A stretch of DNA of 64,000 nucleotides from Lepidodermella squamata (taxonomy: Eukaryota; Animalia; Gastrotricha). Numbering within the stretch: the stretch's first letter is position 1; each line of letters starts with the position of its first letter. Below the pieces are notes generated by a model that worked only from the letters and a program-made list of their open reading frames with translations, was not told where the DNA came from and did no database searches. Made by a program: the position numbers and the translations under genes. Positions 49,101-59,835 of this stretch are shown piece by piece. Where the stretch lies: assembly GCA_047495785.1 (NCBI GenBank), contig JBLDXI010000001.1, forward strand, positions 310,001-374,000, read 5' to 3'.

Positions 49101-52100
49101 CCGCGACCTCCCTTGTCTCCTTTTTCACCGCGAGGTCCACCAATACCGGGTTGACCGGTGGGGCCTCGTGAGCCAGAAATGCCAGGTACACCACGATCAC
49201 CTTGGTTGCCCTTAATGCCGGGGACGCCTTGGTCGCCCTTGAGACCGCGAGGTCCTGAAATACCAGGAACACCTTGAGGACCTTGAGGACCACGCAGGCC
49301 AGTTTCACCAGGGCGGCCGACTTCTCCAGGTCGACCAGGTTGTCCAGTCATACCAGGAACACCAGGTACTCCAGTGAGACCAGTTGGGCCACGGGGTCCA
49401 GAAATGCCTTGACGACCTGGAACACCCTGTTCGCCTTGGTCACCCTTTGAGCCTCGGTCTCCCTTCAAGCCGACAGGACCGGTAAGACCAGGACGGCCAG
49501 GAATACCATTCGGGCCGGGCACGCCTTGGTCTCCCTTGGGACCAATGGGACCACGCTCGCCAATTGGACCTCGCTCGCCAGGCTGTCCAGTCAAGCCCGG
49601 TCTGCCTTGAGGACCAACGGCACCAGATGCTCCGCGATCACCCTTGTCACCTTTCACGGTCAGACCTGGGACACCACGCTCACCGGCATCACCCTTGGGG
49701 CCTCGAGCGCCTGAGTTACCAGTCGGACCACGTGGGCCAACAGGTCCTAGATCACCCTTCAGGCCTTGTGGGCCACGAGAGCCAGAGATACCCTGAATAC
49801 CAGGTTGGCCTTGCGATCCCTTGGGGCCAGCAGCTCCAGATCTGCCGGGTTGGCCAGTTGGGCCTTGAGCTCCATCACGACCAGGCTCTCCACGATCGCC
49901 CTTAATACCGATACCAGGAGCGCCTCGAGCGCCGGATGAACCAGGCTGGCCAGTTTGTCCACGGTCACCCTTCGGACCCACAATACCTTGAGGTCCTTGA
50001 TCACCTTTCGCACCAGGCACACCAGGACGGCCAATCGGACCTGACGGACCGGCACGTCCAGGAACTCCAGTAGGACCAATAGGACCTTGGGGACCGAAAT
50101 CTCCTTTATTGCCTTTCGGGCCAACAGCGCCAGAAGTACCAGGGCGGCCAGGAACACCTTGATCGCCCTTGGGACCGATAGGTCCTTGAGGGCCAACTTC
50201 TCCCGGTCTACCATTCAAACCAGGCACGCCTTGATCACCCTTGCCACCCTTGGCACCAGATGTTCCTTGAGGGCCACGTTGACCAGGCACACCTGAAGCA
50301 CCAGTGCGACCAGTTGGGCCACGAGGACCGACGTCACCAGGCCTGCCCGCAACACCAATGTCACCTTTATCACCCTTGACACCTCGTGCGCCGCTAATAC
50401 CAGGAGCTCCGTTGTTACCCTTGGGGCCGATTGGGCCAACTGGACCCAAGTCACCTTGTCTACCTTTCTCGCCAGGTCGACCTTGAGCACCAGTAGCACC
50501 CTTCTGTCCGAGGTCACCCTTTGCTCCTTTCGCTCCCGAAGTTCCCGGAGCGCCACGCTGTCCAGGAACGCCTTGTTCGCCAGGGCGACCGGGAACACCT
50601 TGGTCTCCTTTGTTTCCTTGATCTCCTTTCAGACCGATTGGGCCGATAGGGCCACGAGCTCCAGAAGCGCCAGGAACACCAGGCCTGCCCTCTCTACCAG
50701 TCTCACCAGTTGGGCCTTGACGACCCGGTTGGCCTGGTGTGCCGAGATCACCCTTAGGCCCAACGGGACCTCGGGCGCCAGAAGGACCTTGGATACCAGG
50801 GCTACCAGTTCTACCGGTCGCGCCTTGCGGGCCAGATCTGCCTGGAATACCGGTGATACCTTGCGGACCAGGAAGGCCAGGAACACCTCTGTCACCAGAT
50901 TGACCGGTGAGGCCAGGTACACCACGATCTCCCTTGGGGCCGGTAGCGCCGCGCTGGCCAGGATTGCCAGGAGTTCCGTCACGGCCAGAAGGGCCAGTCC
51001 TACCAGTTTGTCCTCGAGGTCCGACTTGTCCAGTCAGACCCTGTGGACCGATGGGACCAATTGGGCCAAGTGGTCCGCGCTCGCCAGGAATGCCTTGATC
51101 GCCCCTGTTTCCCTTAGGACCGAGTGCGCCTGAGGTGCCAGGGCGCCCAGGAACACCTTGTTCTCCAGGACGTCCAGGAATACCTTGGTCTCCCTTGTCA
51201 CCCTTTGATCCATCACGGCCAGGAACTCCCTGAATGCCTTGTTCTCCTTTCCTGCCAACAGCGCCGGATGTGCCAGGACGTCCAGTAGCGCCAGGGACAC
51301 CAGGAGTACCAGTAGGTCCACGAGCACCTGAAGTACCTGGAACACCAGGCTGTCCACGGTCACCAGGTCGACCAGCCAAGCCGGTTTCGCCGGGAACTCC
51401 TCGGTCACCTTTGGGACCAACTGGGCCGATTTGACCAGTAGCACCACGAGCACCAGAATTGCCAGGAATGCCAGTGGCACCAGGGCGGCCAGGAATACCC
51501 GAGACACCCTGAGGTCCTTGCGGACCAGTGCCGCCGCGCTGTCCACGATCACCCTTATCACCTTGATTTCCTTTCTCGCCAGGAACACCGCGAAGACCTT
51601 GAGGGCCCTGAGGACCACTTTGACCTCTTTGGCCAGGGACACCAGGTGCTCCGTTAATGCCAGGGACACCACGCTCACCAGTTGGGCCGCGAACGCCAGA
51701 ATTGCCTTGGTTTCCCTTGATGCCAGGAACACCTTGATCACCCTTCTGACCTGTCAGACCTTGAGGCCCGCGGGCGCCAGAGTTGCCAGGGTTTCCAGTG
51801 CGACCAGGAGCGCCAGTGTTGCCTTGATTACCTTTCGGACCAGATGCACCAGGTCGCCCAGTTGGGCCGAGGGGTCCTTGAATGCCAGGGACACCGCGCT
51901 CGCCTTGAGGACCAGGGGCACCGTCTCTACCGGGTACGCCAGCTCTGCCTGTTTCTCCAGTGAAGCCACGAGGACCGGATGCACCAATTCTGCCCGGTTC
52001 GCCAGGTCGACCAGGATTACCCAAGTCTCCCTTCTCACCAGGAATGCCAGGTCGGCCGATTTCACCTTGTGGGCCTCGTGGACCGACAGGGCCGATGGGG

Positions 52101-55100
52101 CCCATAGGACCAGTAATGCCGCGTCCAGGAATACCAGCTTGTCCAGTAAGACCGGTTGGGCCAGGTAAGCCTGGAACACCGCGTTCACCCTGAATGCCTT
52201 GCGGGCCGGGGCGACCCGTCGGTCCGATAGGACCAGATACACCAGGAATGCCACGGGGGCCTTGAATACCGGCATCTCCTTTCGAACCTGGAGCGCCATC
52301 TCGGCCGGGCTGGCCGGGGCGTCCAGCCTCTCCAGTCAGACCGCGAGAACCGCTGTTACCAGTGGGACCTTGGCGGCCAGGAACGCCGGCAACACCTTCA
52401 AGACAGGATAAATAAACTCAAGTCAAAATTTAAGAAATAATATTTTCTTACCTTGATCGCCCTTAGGACCTTGCGGACCAATGGCACCTCGGGGACCAGA
52501 GCGGCCAGGGACACCGGGGGCGCCAGTGTCTCCGACCTCACCCTTTCGACCAGGAATGCCGGATGCTCCGGTGCGGCCAGGCTTGCCTTCAGCACCAGGA
52601 GCTCCAGGACGGCCAGGTACACCAGCTGCTCCGGGGGTGCCGGGAATTCCACTCGCTCCTGTCTGTCCTTTTCGCCCTGGAATGCCAGCGAGGCCAGGCT
52701 CGCCTTGATCTCCCTTAGCACCATTCACGCCAGGAGTACCATCTTGGCCGGGGAATCCACGCTCGCCAGTCGGACCAGGCAAGCCTCGATCACCTTTCGG
52801 GCCGCCAACGCCTTGCGGACCCTGGGGACCGATAGGACCAGAGAATCCACGTTGGCCAGGTTGGCCAGGTTGGCCAGGTTGGCCGGGAACGCCGGCACTG
52901 CCTTTCGGACCAGTGCGACCTTGAATTCCTTGTGGACCCGGATTGCCTGTGAGACCTTGCACACCCGGCTGACCTGGGTTACCAGGACGGCCATCGTTTC
53001 CAGCATCACCTTTCTGTCCTTGAATTCCGGGGCGTCCCGGAATACCAGTTGGGCCAGGAGGACCTTGTGGGCCAACAATCGAATCACCAGGGCGACCTTG
53101 ATTACCCTGAGCACCAGTTTGACCTTGTCTACCAGGAACACCAGGATTGCCGGTTTGGCCTGGTGCGCCAATTGAACCAGGGCTTCCGCGGTCGCCTTTC
53201 GGACCGCCAGGACCAGTCATGCCTCGCGGACCAACAGCGCCTGGTAGGCCTCGGAGACCCGGAGAGCCCGGAGCGCCAGCTTGACCAGACGCACCAGTTC
53301 TTCCGTCACGTCCAGTGTTACCACGGTCACCTTTATCTCCGGGCAATCCGGGAAGGCCAGGGTTACCAGGAGCGCCGACGCGGCCAGGTTGTCCAGCCAT
53401 TCCAATATCTCCCTTTTGACCGGGTTGGCCAGGCATTCCAGCCGGGCCTGCAGGTCCAGTGCGACCAACCGCGCCTAAAACGAATCGTATTTTTACATAT
53501 ACCTATGAAGTTTTTAATCCAGCAACATACCTTGACGACCAGGTTGGCCGATTTCACCAGTTGGACCGGGGCGGCCTTGTTGTCCGGGTTCGCCGCGAGG
53601 GCCAGGGCCGCCTACAGCGCCCGTTTGACCTCGCAAGCCACGCGGGCCCTGAGCTCCTGGACTGCCAGGAGCGCCAGGGGCACCACCGTCACCTTTCTCG
53701 CCTCGAGCTCCAGTTCTACCCGGAAGACCGTTTGTGCCAGGAGTTCCGCGATCACCACGGTCACCCTTGCTGCCCGGAGTACCAGGAACGCCAGTTTGGC
53801 CTTGAAGACCGCGAGATCCTGATATTGAGGAAAACATATATTTAAGACTTTCTTAATAAAAATTATTGGGCCACAAACCTGTCGCGCCTGGAATGCCAGG
53901 AGAGCCAGTAGCGCCAGGGCGACCAGGTGTACCAGGGACACCAGCAACACCAGGCTCGCCAGTGCGGCCAGGAGTGCCAGGGAAGCCAGAGACACCAGGC
54001 AAGCCCCGAGAACCAGTTGATCCAGGAGGGCCGGCTGGGCCTCGTTCTCCACTAGGTCCGCGTTCGCCATTTCTACCAGGAACACCTGCAGCGCCAGGAA
54101 TTCCAGGATTGCCTCGATCGCCAGGAGGTCCGGCAGAGCCAGTTCGTCCGGCTGGACCAGGCGGTCCTGCCCTTCCGGGGGTTCCGGGCGAGCCAGGATT
54201 GCCAGGGACACCTGCTGTACCTGGCCTTCCGGCAGGGCCTGTGCTACCACGATCACCAGGGACACCAGGCCTGCCGGGCACGCCTGCTTGTCCTGTAGAG
54301 CCAGTCGATCCACGAACACCCGGAAAACCCGGGGATCCTGCATCACCCTTTGGTCCGCGGTCACCTAACAAGTAATGGCGTAAAAAATGCTAAAAAATGA
54401 CATGTGGGTAAACAAACCAGGCCGGCCAGGTTCTCCGTCGCGCCCAGGGGGACCGGGACGGCCAGTGGGACCTGGAAGACCAGTTGGACCGGTTGGGCCG
54501 GGTAGGCCACCTCGGCTGCCACCGGATCCAGGAGGGCCGGGTGGGCCAGGAGGGCCAGGAATCGCTGTTAACAAGAAACATAATTGCGAATTAGCCAAAA
54601 ATAATTAAAAATTGAATAAATCCCGTCACAATTTCACAGCGTAAACAAAGCACTTTAATTAGGGTATAAGTTAATCGTCATTATATGGATAAAATTCGGA
54701 CACGCAAAATTAATGGTCTATAAAATCCCAAGTAAAACGACTAATAACAATTATTAGTCGTAAATCCACAAGCAAAAAAATAAAAAATCGAGGTATCAGG
54801 GTAAACTGATTAATTCATCATAAGGCCAAAGCACCCGATACGGAGCAAATCTGTGATACCGAAGTAGTGATCAACATGATGGCGCGGCTTCGCAGACTGG
54901 CTACGCGTTGTAGCTGTTTGAATCTGACGCTTTTCACGTTTTTCCGCTGCTATGACCGAGCTATTAGCTTGGTCTATTTCTTCAAATTGGCAATTCAAAT
55001 TCGAAACAAATTAATAAACGATAAAAATTGCGTAACAAAAGTATTCCTACTACAACGAAACATGGAAATCCTGGGTGAGTAAACGTACCGGTATCAATAG

Positions 55101-55906
55101 CGACACCGACTGAATGCCGATAATTAGGCTTGAATTCTGCGAATTGAAGTGTCTTGCCAACTTCCGGTAGCGAGTCAGTTTCAAAGAAGGTATGAATGTA
55201 TTCCGGGTAGTCACGCGCTACTTCGTGACTGATCGGGTCAATGCCTTCTTCGTAAGTCCAACCAAAGTAAGAGACTGCGTAAATAAGAGGCCGGTCTGGT
55301 ACATCAAACTATAATTGGCGAAGAAATCAAGTAGAAAAGTCGTCACTTTTTTAACCTGGAAAAAACTTACAATGTACTGACCGCCTTGCCTAGGTAAGAC
55401 AACCGGGTACTCGTAAACGAGTTGCAATGTGGAGGAAGACGACACATTTGCTACCGGCCGCCATATTTGAAAACGCACTCTCGTTGGTCGAGGGCTGTCT
55501 GGATGGACGTAACACAGGAATTTGGCAAGAATACCCGTCACAAGCGGGAACTCGCGATTCAACCAAGTACGCCGTTGTGTGTCGGGATTTGTGTAACGTC
55601 GCTGTTTAATTTCAGCTCGTGCAGGGTAAAAAATTAAAGAGCCGACTGTCTCATCTAAATTAACGAAAAAAGTAATCAATTAGCTGGAATAATTCGAATT
55701 TTCTCCAGCTTACTAAAAAATCTCGGGGAAGTGGTCGAGGAATCTTCTTGAGCTGTTGTTCCTGCGACGAGGAACAGTATCGATGCGATTCCAGCGAAAA
55801 GTATTATTCCGAAATTAGGCCGCAGCGAAAAGGCCGATACAAATGACGCTCCAGGTAATGACGGCGCCTTTGTAGGCAGCAGGTGTCGCTGACGGCGGCT
55901 GCTCAT
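37122..55906 (-). CDS. Giant type I transmembrane collagen (~5,800 aa): signal peptide, novel N-terminal domain, ~5,100 aa Gly-X-Y, ~5 EGF/cbEGF modules, TM helix, acidic Ser-rich tail
   Basis: About 15 coding exons joined by GT-AG introns that continue the Gly-X-Y reading: ~55906-55712, 55655-55370, 55309-55089, 54564-54419, 54364-53879, 53821-53531, 53475-52452, 52395-45610, 45551-45327, 45274-42380, 42324-40339, 40288-40117, 40063-38076, 38012-37731, 37663-37122. EGF motifs include [28 protein letters not shown] and [10 protein letters not shown]. The TM helix [28 protein letters not shown] is split by intron 37664-37730. Confidence 0.9.
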
Positions 55907-58134
55907 CCTTCCTGGGCGTGAAGCGGATGAGCAAGGCTGCCTCAGTAATTCTTCCGTTCTTAACTGATCAGTGTTCTATAATCGAAAATAAAAAAATCAG
56001 AAATCAATACGTCAGCACGGATTTAAAACCTAGGCTATTTCGATAGATCATAGGTAAAGAAAAAAAGATGTTACAGGTAAACAACTCGTTTCCTACAAGT
56101 GTCAATAGACCGGTGTTTATAAGCATCCGTCATTGACAGTATAATGAAGCGATTCAAGAGCCCACTTAATAGCTTTAGTTGTTCTAAACGCCGGCGCCGA
56201 GAGCGAAAAAAATCGGTAGCGCAAATCTTTGAGCGCGCATCGCCGGCACACGCTCAGAAGCTCAATAGAGATATATCGCTGTCATCGCCTGGTCACCGTG
56301 TAAAAGAGCGTCGAGGACAAAAATAAACACAAATAAAAACAAAAACAAAAACAAGCGCGCGTATGAAGCGGCGATGATACCAGCGCGTCAACATGTATAG
56401 CGCGCACTATTCGAAGCGCATCATTGGTATCACTATTCGCGTTCTAAAAAAAAGAACGGTGCGGCGCCGTTGATTTCAATAGACAGTGCAGCACCTGAAT
56501 GTAGCGCTGGGTCTACAGTCGGAGATTCCGCGTCGGAATTGAGGACTGGGATTAATGCGGCTTAATTTAGGGCGGGGCAACTGGCTATTATTTTTTGCGC
56601 TTTAATTATTGCATTCGTGGCTGATGATGAATGTCAGTCACATTTTCTGCCGAGTTTCACCGCGATGAAGTGGAGGCGATGTCAACGCGCTAGAAGCTCA
56701 GGCGCAATCGAGCATAATATTTTACGGTCTAAAAATGTCGCCATGGCCCTGTTGTTGTTGTAGCTACTTCTTATTGTTGTTGTCGTTCGCAAGTCGGGCT
56801 TCTTTAATAAACGCGCGTGAATGTGCGCATGAGGTATATAGGCGGCGATGAGAGGATGACGCCAGCAGCAGTGGCAGCCAAAGGAGCAGCCCTGTGCTCT
56901 CCTCTTCGCATTCCACATTCCAATATTAGCAATTAGAATAACAACTATAAACCGAAGCAACACGGCGCCGACGCTACCTTTTCGCAGCGCGGCGATGGGC
57001 GACATAAATCAGCAGCCTGAAACACGTTTTTCGCAGGCCATTAGATATTTTCAGGCCTATGAAGGCGAAATTAATGACAGCATTTATGACGAGAGCTTTC
57101 GCTATTGTCAAAATAATCCTCGTCGCAATTATTTGCGCCAGGTACGTAAGCGCTGTTCACTAAAACTTCTAAAAATAATAACATGATGAAGAAAACAAGC
57201 GCAAAATTTACTGCGTTAATAAAAGCACCACCGATTACAGGGTGGCATATGAAAGCGCCTATAGCAAAGCGTAAGTAAAAGATAGTACCTATTTCACTCC
57301 AGCACTGAAGCTTTTTAGTATAAAAATAAATCTTCAATTAGACTATATGGTTCAAGTTATGGCTCATACACTATGCTATGCGTTAGTCAGGGTTATCCTT
57401 ATTAATAAGGGGCGGAGGATTGGGCACTAAAATTAGGAGTCGGGGTAAATGATACGATTCCGCTTCCGCTTGTTGCCTTGTTGACTAAGAACATGCCACC
57501 TATATTGGTATACAAAACAGTGTTTTGTTTGAACGTGTACAGATAATAATAATTAAAATAATAGGTAGGTCATATTAGTGTGGAGCTGCGTAAGTTGAAC
57601 TCGGATGGTTGGATAATTGTGGGGTGATTTCTTGCCACGGCCGAGCCGAGTGAGCGGCTTCTTGCCGGTGACGATGATGACGGTGAGTAGAAGTCTTCAC
57701 ATGACGAATGATAACAACAGCTTAATCGCGAAATATGAATAATAATAGTAAAAATGAAACTGTATATAATACGCGTAATATAGTAATAAAGGTAAACTGT
57801 ATCAAAATTACGGCGGTAAGGCACTAATAAATAAGTTATTAAATGGGTTATAGAAGGCAGGTAGGGGCCGATGATGGCGATGATTATGGTGATGTAAAAG
57901 GTAAATAATAAGAAAAAGTTGCAAGGTGAAATTTCAGGCACTCGAGGCAGCGCGCGCTGTGGGCATCGCACATGCCGCAGCGTACTTGAAATGGCAGCAC
58001 AACGGGGGCAATAAAACGCAGAGCGTGGCAGTGGAGGAAAGTTCAGTTGTCAACGCGAGATGAAGCGATGACAATTGAAGTATAAATAGTAGAAGGGGTT
58101 TCAAAATTTCAACTACAGTACTACTAAATATTGT

Positions 58135-58165
58135 TATTATTATTATTATTATTATTCATTATTGT
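58135..58165. repeat. (ATT)n microsatellite
   Basis: ttattattattattattattcattatt. Confidence 0.8.
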
Positions 58166-59808
58166 TAAACTCGCAAAAACAAAGGAATAAGTCGAAGAAA
58201 AGCGCCATCTCGGAGCGCGACAACAATAGTAAGAAGGCAGGTAATAATAACAGTAAAGCATCTGCAGCATAAACATTAGAGGCACTTAGGCGGAGAGGCG
58301 CTCACACAAAACGCCAATGAGCGAGAAGAATGTACGCGAAGTGTCTAGCGATTTCGATCGCCTATATCGGGCCACGCCTATGAACTACCTAATAAACAAT
58401 ACAAGGTTGGCGACTGTGAAGGAAAAATCGGACAATTAACGCGATTGAGGTGTGCTTATGCTTGCCGTGTGTTGCGGAGCCACTGAGCCGCCGAGTACAA
58501 CACTGTGTCAACAGACGCATGCGAAATTTCCGTGCCTTGATCGAAACGACAACTTTGGAACATTTATTAACTGTAATCCTTTCTTGCTATTATTCTTCAA
58601 TTGAGCTAAGAAAGGCAGACAGGCAGGCAGGCGGCAGCGCCAAACAAGCTAAACAACGTGCGAAATTGCTGTACCTATAAAAGTTGGTCGATGGCGATGA
58701 GTCGGCGTGTCGTCAGAGTTAAGGTGAATGAATATATAACAGGGTAAGATAATAATACGCCCATGCCTGCACAATATGATCGGCTGAGCACATTTCTTAT
58801 TCACTTAAGGGTTAATAGCATGTGAGATTTCGTGAAAATAAGGCCTAAATTCGCACAAAATCCACGTCTATTTGTGTTTGTAGCGAACGCAGGCGCGGCC
58901 GCCCATGCCGCCACCAGACCCCACACGCGCGCGGGCTGTGGGCAGGTGTGTCCGCGCGCACTGAATAATTCGGGCAGTCGATATAAGGTAGAGGAAATGA
59001 AGGTAGTACGGGCGTACGAAATGCAGAAGAAGATAATCAAAAATTCAACACGGCCGCAAACAACGAGCAAACAAAATCAAGACGCCACATCGTGAAATGA
59101 TGGTAACACGGGCGGCAGGACATCACCAGAAAATGCTCGATTGTATTGTCGCGCTTTTGGGCCGGGGAATTTCAGACAACGGCCGGCCGTACGTGTCCGG
59201 CCGCGCGCTTCGAAGACCAAACGGCCAGTAGTGGGGGTGAATGCGAATTGAAAATGAATTAGACGGCAAGTAGGCGCGGGTAATGATGAATAATGCACGT
59301 GACGTATGACGCGCTGCTTCTGCCGCATCCGACCACACCGCGCCGAGCTCAAGTGACGATGATGATTGTCTGTTGTTTCAAAATAATTTCGCTAAATTCC
59401 TGCTGAAAGCGCGACGACACCTCTCGGCTCGAGCATCGATTGAGCGAGCGTTAACGAAAACATTTCGCACGTTTAGTAGTAGGTAGTAAGTAGTACGACC
59501 AGATTGGGCGCAGTTATTCTGGGTCATGATAATGAGCCATTGTAGTAGATTGAGGAGGTGTAGGTAGAATAAACACGGTGTAAATCGATCAATTAACACA
59601 CGCTGTTGTTGCTCCGCAGTTGATGAAAAACAATTTGTAGCTGCTAAACGTCAAGTCAAGCAGCCGAGATAAAAGGCGCAAATGCTGCTTAATTGCCGCT
59701 TAAGTTTGAAAACACAAGCTTAAGTGTCTCGTTTTTTCCGGTGGACGAAACAATGCAATGCTCAACGGTGAGTGATTTGCGCCATATTATCTTCGTGTCA
59801 AAGAAGTA

Positions 59809-59835
59809 GTCGTCGTCGTCGTCGTCGTCGTCGTC
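59809..59835. repeat. (GTC)9 microsatellite
   Basis: Nine tandem gtc units. Confidence 0.9.

Noticed and set aside
38960-53770. RGD tripeptides in the collagen as integrin ligands
   Set aside because: Expected by chance from frequent GxR followed by GD triplets, and RGD is usually cryptic in a triple helix.
38600-54560. 9-bp periodic DNA as a satellite or CRISPR-like array
   Set aside because: Fully explained by collagen coding; no constant repeat with unique spacers, and the context is eukaryotic.
38500-54600. Dozens of long alternative-frame and antisense ORFs (e.g. 43930-45351 +, 42490-43815 +, 47144-48376 +)
   Set aside because: Shadow ORFs caused by 9-nt Gly-X-Y periodicity and codon bias; no independent protein signal.
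56995-57145. Short plus-strand ATG ORF ending at a donor-like site (cag|gtacgt)
   Set aside because: Could be a first exon, but I found no downstream exon or homology to support it.
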